From: an uncultured virus (IMG/VR IMGVR_UViG_3300043774_000843)
Taxonomy: Duplodnaviria; Heunggongvirae; Uroviricota; Caudoviricetes
Virus record (IMG/VR): IMGVR_UViG_3300043774_000843
Length of the DNA stretch: 20,000 nt
Direction: 5' to 3' (one strand)
The first letter of the stretch is position 1. The number at the start of each line of letters is the position of its first letter. Shown one piece after another: positions 1 to 8,850 of the stretch. The notes under the pieces are model-generated. The model was given only the letters and a program-made list of their open reading frames with translations, had not been told where the DNA came from and made no database searches. The position numbers and the translations under genes were made by a program.

Positions 1-986
1 AATGTAACACCAAATGGCGCAGATGGAGTTGATACTATGTTTGAAACAGTATTAGTTGAACAATTTATAGTATAAATATCAAGCGAACCTGTATTTGTTA
101 CAAACATTGAATTACTAATATTATCATAAATAATATCATAAGGATTTGTACCAACTGGAACGCTACTTACTAATGTATTTGTAGAACAATCAATTACCGA
201 AACATCGTTAGAACCTTGATTTACTACATAAATCGTATTATTAACTGAGCAATACTCTATGGTAAACTGATTCGTTCCAGATGGATTTGTAGTGAGCGTA
301 GTAGTATTTGTATTGCAATCTAAAATAATTATATTTGAAGATGGTGCATTATCTAAAATATAAACAGAATTATTATTTGAGTTATATGTTAAATCAGTAG
401 GAACAAATCCTAAAGGCATTGCTATTGTTGCTACTACTAAATTTGTATTGCAATCAATTATATTTACATCTTGACTTCCTTGATTAGAAACATACATGAA
501 ATTATTTGTAGGATTATAAACTATACCAAAAGGTAGTAACCCCATTCCTATTGGTAAACCAACTACTGTATTAGTAGAACAATTAATTACAACTACTTCG
601 TCATTAGTTTGTCCAACTACATACATAAAATTGTTTATTGGATTGTATGCAATTTGATTTATTTGAGGATTACCAACATTTATGGTTGCCACTATTGTAT
701 TTGTATTGCAATCTAAAACATTAACAAAATTAGTTCCTGCTGTTCCAATATAAACAGTATTGTTATTTGAGCAAAAAGCTAAAAATAATGGAGCTACCAC
801 AGGTACACCTGTGCCGACTGAACTTGGAGCTGATAACTGACTTGGAGTATTTGTTAAAGTAGTTGTATTAAACAAGTCATAAACAATAGGCGCAGAAGTA
901 ACATTAACCAAATCAAATTCAGTTAAATAATACTGATTTTGATTAATACCATACTTTTCTCCCTCTGTTTTATTAATTATACTCAT
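1..986 (-). CDS. YVTN/YncE-type beta-propeller protein, 3' end outside the window; candidate spike or receptor-binding protein
   Basis: Not in the ORF track; translated by hand. ATG at 986-984 overlaps the upstream TGA (ATGA). MSIINKTEGEKYGINQNQYYLTEFDLVNVTSAPIVYDLFN... stays open to the window edge. Six ~42-aa blades, e.g. MYVSNQGSQDVNIIDCNTNLVVATI and IYVVNQGSNDVSVIDCSTNTLVSSVPVGTNPYDI. Confidence 0.85.
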   Translation of the reverse strand, partial: MSIINKTEGEKYGINQNQYYLTEFDLVNVTSAPIVYDLFNTTTLTNTPSQLSAPSSVGTGVPVVAPLFLAFCSNNNTVYIGTAGTNFVNVLDCNTNTIVATINVGNPQINQIAYNPINNFMYVVGQTNDEVVVINCSTNTVVGLPIGMGLLPFGIVYNPTNNFMYVSNQGSQDVNIIDCNTNLVVATIAMPLGFVPTDLTYNSNNNSVYILDNAPSSNIIILDCNTNTTTLTTNPSGTNQFTIEYCSVNNTIYVVNQGSNDVSVIDCSTNTLVSSVPVGTNPYDIIYDNISNSMFVTNTGSLDIYTINCSTNTVSNIVSTPSAPFGVT

Positions 987-1372
987 TCGTATATTTTTGA
1001 AATTATTTCAAGAAATTTTTTGTTTTCTTCTTCCGTTCTATTTATTAATGTCTTATAAATTATATCGTAAAAACTTTTAACATCTTCAAATTTCATTTTC
1101 TCGATGGTTTCTTTTTTATCAACTAATTTACTTAAATCATAACCAAACTGAATAGGTTGTTCGAGATATTTAATCCCCTCAAAGAACTCATCAAGGTTAT
1201 TTATGTTTTTGTACCTCTCTCTTAATTCATTTAACTTTTGTTCGTCTTTACTTTTATTTCTTTTATCAATAAAGTATTTTACAGCAAAATATCCTCCGAC
1301 TAAAATTGTTGGAAGAACAACCCATGCTGTTACTTTTGTTGCCTTGCTATTTAAAATCTTTTTAAAGTCCAT
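983..1372 (-). CDS. Hypothetical membrane protein with N-terminal TM helix
   Basis: 129 aa; hydrophobic VTAWVVLPTILVGGYFAV followed by KYFIDKRNK; overlaps both neighbours. Confidence 0.8.
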   Translation of the reverse strand: MDFKKILNSKATKVTAWVVLPTILVGGYFAVKYFIDKRNKSKDEQKLNELRERYKNINNLDEFFEGIKYLEQPIQFGYDLSKLVDKKETIEKMKFEDVKSFYDIIYKTLINRTEEENKKFLEIISKIYE

Positions 1373-2028
1373 TAAACTAAAATATCTAATAATCCGTTAG
1401 TTCCCACTAATTTTGTTATGTATGCAGATGGCTCTTTAGGTAAAATCCCTACTAATTCATCAACACTACCTTTATGCGATATTGTTTTTTTAGCAATTTT
1501 ACCATAACGACCTGCGTTATAAATTACTGCAACTTTATCTAAACGAGGAACTCCATTTTCAGAAAATTCGTCTGCAAGTTGCTTAACAATGATGCTACCA
1601 ATAAGAATATTTAGTTCAGGATTAAATAATTCTTTTTTGCCAATCCACGTTTTACCAATACTCTTTTGATTTTTCTTTAGCTTTTCAAGATTTTTCATCT
1701 TGCTACCTAAATGCTTTTTCAATATTTCTTCTTCATCGTTGCTCAATCTACCACTTGATTTTTCATAAACTAAAGCATCGGAAGCTGTTGCCAATCCAAC
1801 TTGCATTAATCCAATAGCATAAGGAGTTTCTGCATTTTCCTTTCCTGCTGATTCAATGAAAATGAAACTTTTTATTATTTCATCATTCAATCCAGTAATT
1901 TTAGAAACATTATTAATTATTTTACCATACTTAGTTACTATGACATCTTCAATTTTATCCTTAATCAAAGGAACTTGTTTGCTATCATAGAATTTTAATG
2001 TAGTTGCAGGTATTTTTAATTTTGCCAT
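1372..2028 (-). CDS. Lytic transglycosylase (SLT/GH23-like)
   Basis: Canonical motifs in order: IFIESAG (catalytic Glu), AIGLMQV, LFNPELNILIGS, YNAG. Confidence 0.9.
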   Translation of the reverse strand: MAKLKIPATTLKFYDSKQVPLIKDKIEDVIVTKYGKIINNVSKITGLNDEIIKSFIFIESAGKENAETPYAIGLMQVGLATASDALVYEKSSGRLSNDEEEILKKHLGSKMKNLEKLKKNQKSIGKTWIGKKELFNPELNILIGSIIVKQLADEFSENGVPRLDKVAVIYNAGRYGKIAKKTISHKGSVDELVGILPKEPSAYITKLVGTNGLLDILV

Positions 2029-2032
2029 AATT

Positions 2033-2197
2033 TTATTCTCTTACAAATTGTATTTTACTTTGTTTTGATTCTGCTGTTACTTTATTTTCATCTATGTTAG
2101 GTTCATTCTTTGAAAATTTCTTATAAAGAAAATATCCTCCTACCGCAAGTGCTAAACCACCCACAACATATAAAATAGTTTTTGTTGTATTGTTCAT
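2033..2197 (-). CDS. Small membrane protein (54 aa)
   Basis: Hand-translated: MNNTTKTILYVVGGLALAVGGYFLYKKFSKNEPNIDENKVTAESKQSKIQFVRE. It fills the gap between genes and has the same TM style as its neighbours. Confidence 0.8.
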   Translation of the reverse strand: MNNTTKTILYVVGGLALAVGGYFLYKKFSKNEPNIDENKVTAESKQSKIQFVRE

Positions 2198-2200
2198 AAT

Positions 2201-2725
2201 TTAAACTAATTGATTACTTAATGTGTTTTTTATTGGATTTGCTAATGGACTTTTTGTCAAATCTACGACTTCTTTTATAACTTTAAACTCCACTCTCCTA
2301 TTTTTTTCTCTACCTTCTTCGGTTGAATTATCTGCAATAGGTTTTGTGCTACCAAATCCATCTGCTTCAATTCTTGTAGGTTTTATTCCTTTTTCCTCTA
2401 AATATTTCTTAACAGAGTTTGCTCTTGCTTTAGATAGCTTTAAATTATAATCAGCCGAACCTTTATTATCAGTATGACCTTCTAATTTTAAATTCCACTC
2501 TTTTTCTCTTAAAACATTTACTATTTCATCTAAAAAAGGAAATGAACTCGGTTTGATAACATCTTTGTTAAATTCAAACTGCAAATTATCATAAGCATCT
2601 TTGAAAACTTTTTCAGGACTTAAATTAGGTTTTGGTTTTGGCTTTCTTCTAAATGCTAAATACAACCCAAACGCTAAAGCAACTACTACTGCTCCCCCAA
2701 TAATTAATTTATTCTTATTATTCAT
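2201..2725 (-). CDS. N-terminally anchored OmpA-C-like (OmpA/MotB/Pal family) peptidoglycan-binding protein
   Basis: TM LIIGGAVVVALAFGLYLAF, then LQFEFNKDVI, LEGHTDNKGSADYNLKLSKARANSV, GFGSTKPIADNSTEEGREKNRRVEF. Confidence 0.93.
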   Translation of the reverse strand: MNNKNKLIIGGAVVVALAFGLYLAFRRKPKPKPNLSPEKVFKDAYDNLQFEFNKDVIKPSSFPFLDEIVNVLREKEWNLKLEGHTDNKGSADYNLKLSKARANSVKKYLEEKGIKPTRIEADGFGSTKPIADNSTEEGREKNRRVEFKVIKEVVDLTKSPLANPIKNTLSNQLV

Positions 2726-3168
2726 TTTTTACTTTTTAATATAAACAATCCTACCGTTACACCTAATAATAATCCACCTAAACTATACATTATTTTACTC
2801 TTTCCAAATCTTTCAGCAACAAAATAAGCTAATATTCCACCGCCTAAACCTGTAATACTTGGTATTGTGTAATTATTTTTTTTATCTCCATCAATACTTG
2901 AAGTTTTTTCAAAATATTGTTTAAAGTTTTCTTTTGCTCCCGAATAAATTTTTTGCTCTTTATTTGTATCTGCAAATTTAATTACACGAAAACGATATAT
3001 TATTTGATTTCCCTTTTTAACTTTCTGAATAACGTAAACAGCATCTCCCTCATCGAGAACGCCATCAGTATTCCCATTAGGGAGTAAAAGTTCAAGTTTT
3101 TTTACAACTTCATAAACTTTTTTCCTCCCTCTACGGATTACTTCGTTATCTGAATAATTAGAATACAT
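2722..3168 (-). CDS. Hypothetical membrane protein with C-terminal Gly-rich TM hairpin
   Basis: 148 aa; ITGLGGGILAYFVA and YSLGGLLLGVTVGLFIL followed by KSKK. Confidence 0.8.
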   Translation of the reverse strand: MYSNYSDNEVIRRGRKKVYEVVKKLELLLPNGNTDGVLDEGDAVYVIQKVKKGNQIIYRFRVIKFADTNKEQKIYSGAKENFKQYFEKTSSIDGDKKNNYTIPSITGLGGGILAYFVAERFGKSKIMYSLGGLLLGVTVGLFILKSKK

Positions 3169-3179
3169 TTATTAAATTT

Positions 3180-3905
3180 TTAAACTGCTTCAAATTCAAA
3201 AGGATTTGCAGAAACAAAAACTTTTTCTTTGTCTTTATTTTGCAACCACATATAACCTACTGAATTATATCCTGATATTTTCCAATCAGAAAACAAGTGA
3301 GAACCACCATCAACAATTATTTTTTTACCATCTTTAGTAAAAGTTTTTCTTCCTGAATCAAAGTAATAAGTATCATAAGACATATCTTTACCTCCAATAT
3401 ATCTTACTTTTTTACCTTTTGCCCCTTCATTAAACAATGATTTACCAAACGCAACTCTTTGTTCAATCTTCTTACGATTTGCATCTATAACCGCCTTGTT
3501 ATCTGATGCTTTTTCCTTATCTTCTGCTAATTTTTTAATTTCATCCTTATAAATTGAACCAAATTCTTTATAGGCTGCTCTTATAGTCGTATTATCAAAT
3601 TCCCCTGTTGGCGATAAAATATCTCCCTTTAATCTCCATTCGGGTTTATTTTTGTTTACCCAAGCACGAAAAGCATTTCCTTCTTCTTTTGATTTAAAAG
3701 GTGTCGCAGGATATGTTTCTTTAGGAACAGTATTACTTGATTCTTTTTCTCTCGCTTCCGCTTCTTCTGCTGCTTTTGTCGCTTCTTCTTCGGATTTGTT
3801 TTTTTCTTCTTCGGCAACTTTATTTTTACTTCTCATCCACCAAAAAATTCCACCACCAATTAATAATGCTGATGCTATTCCAATCCAAATTACTTTTTTG
3901 TTCAT
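3180..3905 (-). CDS. Hypothetical membrane protein: N-terminal TM, charged stalk, globular domains
   Basis: 241 aa; VIWIGIASALLIGGGIFWW, E/K/A-rich linker, then PFKSKEEGNAFRAWVN...TGEFDNTTIRAAY. Confidence 0.8.
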   Translation of the reverse strand: MNKKVIWIGIASALLIGGGIFWWMRSKNKVAEEEKNKSEEEATKAAEEAEAREKESSNTVPKETYPATPFKSKEEGNAFRAWVNKNKPEWRLKGDILSPTGEFDNTTIRAAYKEFGSIYKDEIKKLAEDKEKASDNKAVIDANRKKIEQRVAFGKSLFNEGAKGKKVRYIGGKDMSYDTYYFDSGRKTFTKDGKKIIVDGGSHLFSDWKISGYNSVGYMWLQNKDKEKVFVSANPFEFEAV

Positions 3906-3934
3906 CTTTATTAGTTATTATTGTTAATTATTAG

Positions 3935-4123
3935 TTATTCTTGAATTTTTTGCATAGCTTCTTTAAAAGCGTAAATAGCAATTAGAGTTGTTAATGCACC
4001 AACTGCAATTACACCTGCACTTTTGCCTTTAACTCCATTTATTAAAGCATTAATTCCACCATAACCAACTACAATACTACCTACAATTACAGTTGCATCT
4101 GTTACTTTTCCTATTGTTCTCAT
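3935..4123 (-). CDS. Small two-TM membrane protein
   Basis: 62 aa with two hydrophobic segments separated by KGK. Confidence 0.75.
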   Translation of the reverse strand: MRTIGKVTDATVIVGSIVVGYGGINALINGVKGKSAGVIAVGALTTLIAIYAFKEAMQKIQE

Positions 4124-4144
4124 TTTTTTTTGTTTTAATTATAA

Positions 4145-4687
4145 TTACTTTGTTACTTTTTTGTATAGAATATAGCCACCTACACCTATTCCTACTATTA
4201 CTAAAACAGGTATAACATATTTTAATACTTTCAATCCACCAAATATTCCCTCTGATAGATTTGATACTCCTTCCGATACTCCTACTACAACATCAGAACC
4301 TGCGCCTATTGGAGCAGCCAATACACCTAATCCACTATAAAGTTTATTTAATAAATTTTCACTTCTAAAATAATCTCTGAAATTTTTGTTAAATGAACGA
4401 CAGTTATATGTATTTGAAAATGAGCCTTGCATTTCCCACCATTTTAAGAAATTGTTATCAGCAAATTGTTTTCCTTTTTTGGATTTCATTATTTTATGCC
4501 ATTGAACCCAATCTTCGCAATTCCAATAGTCATCCCAACCCCAATCATCCATGTTAGGAACTGAATTTTCGGTTATATCTTCGCCAGTAGATGCTTTATA
4601 ATAAGTTGTTTTAAATGTTTCAGGCTGAAATGTTTCGGACTGAAATGTTTCATTATCAACTTCCCCTGTATAGTTTCTATATATCAT
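4145..4687 (-). CDS. Hypothetical membrane protein with Trp-rich domain and C-terminal TM
   Basis: 180 aa; DDWGWDDYWNCEDWVQWH...KWW; tail YVIPVLVIVGIGVGGYILYKK. Confidence 0.8.
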   Translation of the reverse strand: MIYRNYTGEVDNETFQSETFQPETFKTTYYKASTGEDITENSVPNMDDWGWDDYWNCEDWVQWHKIMKSKKGKQFADNNFLKWWEMQGSFSNTYNCRSFNKNFRDYFRSENLLNKLYSGLGVLAAPIGAGSDVVVGVSEGVSNLSEGIFGGLKVLKYVIPVLVIVGIGVGGYILYKKVTK

Positions 4688-4692
4688 TTTAT

Positions 4693-5049
4693 TTATTTTA
4701 AAGTTTCTAATAAATTAGCCCAAACAGAATTAGATTCTATTGTTCTTCCATTATCAATAATCAATTTTTTACCTCCATTTAGATAAGTACCCTTTTTTAA
4801 TGGTTCAGTAGATTTGTATTCTGCAATTATAAATCTATTATTAGGATAAAATTGTGCTTTATGTTTCTTTTCATTAAAAATTGCTTGAATCATGTCGCCT
4901 CTATCTAAGAAATTACCTAAATTACTTTTTAAATCATCGTAATTCTTAATTTCAGGTTTACCTTTTTTATATATAAAAAAGTAGTAAACTGCACCAATCA
5001 ATCCTAATGTTGATGCTACTATTAAAATTCCTTTAGTTTGTTTATTCAT
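4693..5049 (-). CDS. Hypothetical membrane protein with N-terminal TM
   Basis: 118 aa; GILIVASTLGLIGAVYYFFIYKK. Confidence 0.8.
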   Translation of the reverse strand: MNKQTKGILIVASTLGLIGAVYYFFIYKKGKPEIKNYDDLKSNLGNFLDRGDMIQAIFNEKKHKAQFYPNNRFIIAEYKSTEPLKKGTYLNGGKKLIIDNGRTIESNSVWANLLETLK

Positions 5050-5476
5050 AAGATTTTTTTTCTTCTGTGTAATAAGGTCTTAAAAAACATTTATTGTATT
5101 TTTTTCCATTTATGTAGTCATAAGGATATTTAGGCTCACGACCTAAAGCTATTCTCATATCTTCCATGCTCATTTCAACTACCGTTTCGCCTCCATGCTC
5201 AAATTTCTTTTTTAAATTATCGTCAGAATGTTTTTTATCATCTCTTGATTCGTGATAAATTTGTTTTACATCATCAGGATAATTACCATCGCTATCTTTT
5301 TTATATTTTTCAATTTCAGATTTCAATGGTCTTTTAAATCTTAATTTTTTACCTTTTTTATTTAAAGTTCCATCTTTTTTAGTAAGAGCATCAATTCCAT
5401 CTGTTTTGAAACGATAACCAGTTGGTTTTGCTTTTACTGCCTTATCTTTAGCACTTGCTTTTTTCTTCTTTGCCAT
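5042..5476 (-). CDS. Basic protein with one FxxGG motif and the shared C-terminal EPxYP...LRPYY domain
   Basis: 144 aa; Lys-rich N-terminus, KFEHGGET, then LGREPKYPYDYINGKKYNKCFLRPYY. Confidence 0.8.
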   Translation of the reverse strand: MAKKKKASAKDKAVKAKPTGYRFKTDGIDALTKKDGTLNKKGKKLRFKRPLKSEIEKYKKDSDGNYPDDVKQIYHESRDDKKHSDDNLKKKFEHGGETVVEMSMEDMRIALGREPKYPYDYINGKKYNKCFLRPYYTEEKKSYE

Positions 5477-5498
5477 TTTTATTTTGGGTTTTTGAAAA

Positions 5499-7670
5499 TT
5501 AAATTTTATAAAAATTTCTTAAATATGCTTTTTCTAAAACTAAACTACCTACAACTTGTTTTGGATAGTTTGGTTCATGTCCTAATATTTTTGTTAATTT
5601 ACAAATACAGATTTCGCCATTCTGTAAATTTTCACGAACTAACATTTCAGCAGATTTAGAAAATTCTTTTGATGCTGATTTTAAATCATCTTGGTATTCG
5701 ATTCCACCGCCTGTTTCTTTGTAGTATTCTTTAGGTTTAACTTCATAGTGTAATTTTAAATTTGGTTTATTTAATTTTACAGACAATATTTCCCTTTCTT
5801 TAATAGCTTCATAAGGTGTATTATGTATTGAAATAATTTTATTTGTTTTATTATCTATAACGTATGATATTGATGGCTTATATAACTGCCAACTTTCATC
5901 GTACTTTGCGTTGGGATTTCCAATAAACGTATCGCCTACTTTATAATTCCCAACCCCACCGCCATTGGCGTATCTTTTAGGAATTGTATCAAAATAATCT
6001 TGCATATAAGTTGCCATTCCATCTATGTAATATTCAAAACTATTATATCCATTTTTTTCTAATTTTGATATTTTAGAATAACCTCTTTTTATGCTTTTTG
6101 CAAATTCTTCTGCTTCTTTTAAATTATCTGTCCAAAAAGATTTTGATTTAGGGTTGTTTTCTAATTCATTTACATAACCTACCTGATATTTACTTATACC
6201 ATGACCAACCCCACCGCCATTGGCGTATTCCATAACTTCTGGAAATAAATCTAATCCTTTTTTTGTAAATTTCCATTTTGAAGTGTCAATATCTTCAATA
6301 GTATTCGCTTTTATTGTATTCCATCTATTCCCTAATACATCAACAATATTAATGTAAAATTTTCCCGTTTTTGGTTCAAAGTAGTAACTATTATCTTTAT
6401 ATTCAGCTATTAAAATTTTACTTTCAACCCCACCGCCATTTTTAAATCTCTTTAATTTCCAATTATAAAATTCATCTAATATGTATTTTTCAGCATTTTC
6501 CCAATCTTCGGGTACATTTTGTCCCCATTCAATTTCGTCATTCATCCTACTTGATGATGGTGCTTCAATAATATAACCATCATAATCAAGAATTGATGCG
6601 CCTTCGCTATCTTCTGTTTCAAAAGAGAAATCATAACGACCAAGCCTTCTATCTGTATTGTCAGAAAAATCAATATTTTTAATTATTTCCTTGTTTGACA
6701 AAACCATTCCTCCCATTTCATATCCATTATCGGCAAGGCTATAATAATTATCTGAATTAGGAACTAATATCATACTATCTAAAACTGTTACATTAAACAT
6801 TTTTAATGCAGTTTTAACTTGTTGATACAATTTAATATCTGCTTCGCTTGGTCTATTATTTCCGCTTGGGTGATTGTGTGCTAAAATTACACCTTTAGAT
6901 AATGTTTTTAAAGCTAAAGCGCCAATCATTTCAACATCAACTAAAGTTGCGTTAATTGCACCTTTTGTATGTTCATAATACCCTATTGGCTCATTTGCAT
7001 TGTTTAAAAACAACACATTCATTTCTTCACGAACATTTATACTTTCTTTATTCCAAAGTTGTTTGAAAATTTCGTAAGCATCTTTTGAACTACCAATTTT
7101 TGTTTTTTCAACACTAAAATCTTGACGAACAAGTGCAATATCAATAAGTGCAATATCAATTTCGCTAATCTTTTGATTATTAGGCTCATTTATAACAATA
7201 GGAGTTTCTGAACTTAAATCAGGATATTTCATTATTCCGCCAGTAGCAAATTTGTTTTTACTTGCTCTATTGCCAACTTTATAATCTAAATGGTGATATA
7301 AATTATCAATATCATTAGCAGATATAGCTAATTTATTTTCCTGCCATGACATTAACTTAGAACCGCCTTTAATCATTTCAATTAGCTTATTAGCATATTT
7401 TGAAATTGATAAAAGTTGCTTTTTAAATATCATTCCTCCCTCATCAAATTTTTCCCAGCCCTCTAATGAGTGTGCAACATCAGAAACATTTTGTTCAATA
7501 CGAGTAAGTTTCATCTTTACCCATTCTTCTAAATTACTTTCTTCGGTTACGATAATATCTAATTTAACAGCATACTCATAAATCATATCAAGATTTATTA
7601 ATGCCATTTTTTTATCAAAATCAAATACATCAAAAACTCCACCTAAATCGTATTTATCCCAATGTTTCAT
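5499..7670 (-). CDS. Modular protein with a RadC-like JAB domain, [YF]xxGG-delimited modules and the shared C-terminal domain
   Basis: 723 aa; JAB at ~6725-7100 (REEMNVLFLN...ILAHNHPSGNNRPSEADI); eight GG motifs; C-terminal LGHEPNYPKQ...KAYLRNFYKI. Confidence 0.85.
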   Translation of the reverse strand: MKHWDKYDLGGVFDVFDFDKKMALINLDMIYEYAVKLDIIVTEESNLEEWVKMKLTRIEQNVSDVAHSLEGWEKFDEGGMIFKKQLLSISKYANKLIEMIKGGSKLMSWQENKLAISANDIDNLYHHLDYKVGNRASKNKFATGGIMKYPDLSSETPIVINEPNNQKISEIDIALIDIALVRQDFSVEKTKIGSSKDAYEIFKQLWNKESINVREEMNVLFLNNANEPIGYYEHTKGAINATLVDVEMIGALALKTLSKGVILAHNHPSGNNRPSEADIKLYQQVKTALKMFNVTVLDSMILVPNSDNYYSLADNGYEMGGMVLSNKEIIKNIDFSDNTDRRLGRYDFSFETEDSEGASILDYDGYIIEAPSSSRMNDEIEWGQNVPEDWENAEKYILDEFYNWKLKRFKNGGGVESKILIAEYKDNSYYFEPKTGKFYINIVDVLGNRWNTIKANTIEDIDTSKWKFTKKGLDLFPEVMEYANGGGVGHGISKYQVGYVNELENNPKSKSFWTDNLKEAEEFAKSIKRGYSKISKLEKNGYNSFEYYIDGMATYMQDYFDTIPKRYANGGGVGNYKVGDTFIGNPNAKYDESWQLYKPSISYVIDNKTNKIISIHNTPYEAIKEREILSVKLNKPNLKLHYEVKPKEYYKETGGGIEYQDDLKSASKEFSKSAEMLVRENLQNGEICICKLTKILGHEPNYPKQVVGSLVLEKAYLRNFYKI

Positions 7671-7828
7671 TATTTTAATTTTTTAATTTCTTTCCAATGT
7701 TTAATTGCGCCTAATCCATAGAAAGCAATCATAGTAATTGATATAACGGTAGTCCAAGTAGCAATTTTACCCCAATTAAAATCCTTAATTGTGTCAATTA
7801 TACTGCTATCTTGTTCTTTTTTTTCCAT
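7670..7828 (-). CDS. Small membrane protein (52 aa)
   Basis: Hand-translated: MEKKEQDSSIIDTIKDFNWGKIATWTTVISITMIAFYGLGAIKHWKEIKKLK; TAATG overlaps at both ends. Confidence 0.8.
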   Translation of the reverse strand: MEKKEQDSSIIDTIKDFNWGKIATWTTVISITMIAFYGLGAIKHWKEIKKLK

Positions 7829-7977
7829 TATAGTTTACCCTCTTTTTTTAATTTAGCTGCACCTTGCTTAACCGCATCTGAATATTTCTTTACTTTTCCT
7901 GTCGCCCAAATAGCTTTTGCTTCTTTTTGAATCATTTCCATTCTTGACTTGTTTGCGTTTTTTGTTGATTTTGCCAT
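7828..7977 (-). CDS. Small basic protein (49 aa), possibly DNA-binding
   Basis: Hand-translated: MAKSTKNANKSRMEMIQKEAKAIWATGKVKKYSDAVKQGAAKLKKEGKL; A-rich leader; stop overlaps the next ATG. Confidence 0.75.
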   Translation of the reverse strand: MAKSTKNANKSRMEMIQKEAKAIWATGKVKKYSDAVKQGAAKLKKEGKL

Positions 7978-8066
7978 GATTTTTTGTTTTGGTTGTAAAT
8001 TTAACTAATTAACTACTATTTATTTAATTTAAAAACAATTTTATTTTTAAACATTCTTTCTAACAA

Positions 8067-8849
8067 TCAAGAGTTAGTGTACTCTTTTAGAATAGAAAAA
8101 TCAAAAGGTTTTACCGCTAATTCTTTTTGCCCCTTAAACATATTTTGCTTAAATGGACTTCCTACTGTATAATCATTCAATGCTAAATCTTTTTCACTCC
8201 ACTTTCTTAATTTGTTAGGGCAAAAACATGGAGCAGATGATAGCATATTTGATTTGTCTATTTGCTTGTAAATTAACAATAAACCTATTTCTGAATTTGC
8301 TTCTACAAAAAATTGCCTAAACCATTGATTAACTCCTAAAATACAATTAGCAGTATCAAAATTAACTTGCCCTATCCAATTTTGAAATTGATTTACTCCT
8401 ATTGATAAACTTGGAAATCTCGGTAAAATTCTTCTATTACCATTTGCATCTTTGTATAAATGCTGAATTACTTGATTTAAGTTTGGTTGATTTTTAGAAT
8501 AAAAATAAATTCTTCTTACCCAAGCAGGAGAATAAACAAAATCTCTTACTGTTTCGTTATAATCTTCGCTACCGCCAATCCAAAAAACAGGAGTTATAGG
8601 TGGAGGTAAAGGAGTAGGAGGTATTGGACTTCCTGAAACAATAGGTGGCTGAATATATCCATTAGGAGTATTCGGAACATTGTATTGTTCTACAACAAAA
8701 GGTTGAAATAAATCAAAATATACATCTGAACTTGTCGGGTTGTTAATAGTGAAAAGCATTTCATCGTAATCACCATCTAATCCGTATTTTTCAGCTACAC
8801 TTTTTTTAATTTTAACCTTTTCAATTTCAGGCTGCCAACAAGATTCCAC
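8067..8849 (-). CDS. Hypothetical beta-rich protein with a Pro-rich insert; candidate minor virion shell protein
   Basis: 260 aa from a GTG start; no TM. N-terminal segment is similar to the 1..986 protein. Insert PPIVSGSPIPPTPLPPPITP. Function is inferred. Confidence 0.7.
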   Translation of the reverse strand: MESCWQPEIEKVKIKKSVAEKYGLDGDYDEMLFTINNPTSSDVYFDLFQPFVVEQYNVPNTPNGYIQPPIVSGSPIPPTPLPPPITPVFWIGGSEDYNETVRDFVYSPAWVRRIYFYSKNQPNLNQVIQHLYKDANGNRRILPRFPSLSIGVNQFQNWIGQVNFDTANCILGVNQWFRQFFVEANSEIGLLLIYKQIDKSNMLSSAPCFCPNKLRKWSEKDLALNDYTVGSPFKQNMFKGQKELAVKPFDFSILKEYTNS

Positions 8850-8850
8850 A

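Noticed and set aside
2201..2725. Calling this ompA, pal or motB
   Set aside because: Only the PG-binding domain is present; no barrel, lipobox or motA partner.
3935..4123. Holin assignment for the small two-TM protein
   Set aside because: With about 21 TM proteins in the window nothing singles it out, and it is not adjacent to the SLT.
5950..6440. CRISPR-like array from the 24-bp repeats
   Set aside because: Spacing is irregular and over 200 bp, repeats are in-frame coding sequence, and no cas genes are present.
5499..7670. Calling this radC
   Set aside because: Only the JAB domain is shared; it lacks the RadC N-terminal HhH region and sits in a modular protein.
7978..8066. Promoter in the AT-rich intergenic gap
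   Set aside because: Only an imperfect TAnnTTTA match is present; not distinguishable from chance at this AT content.
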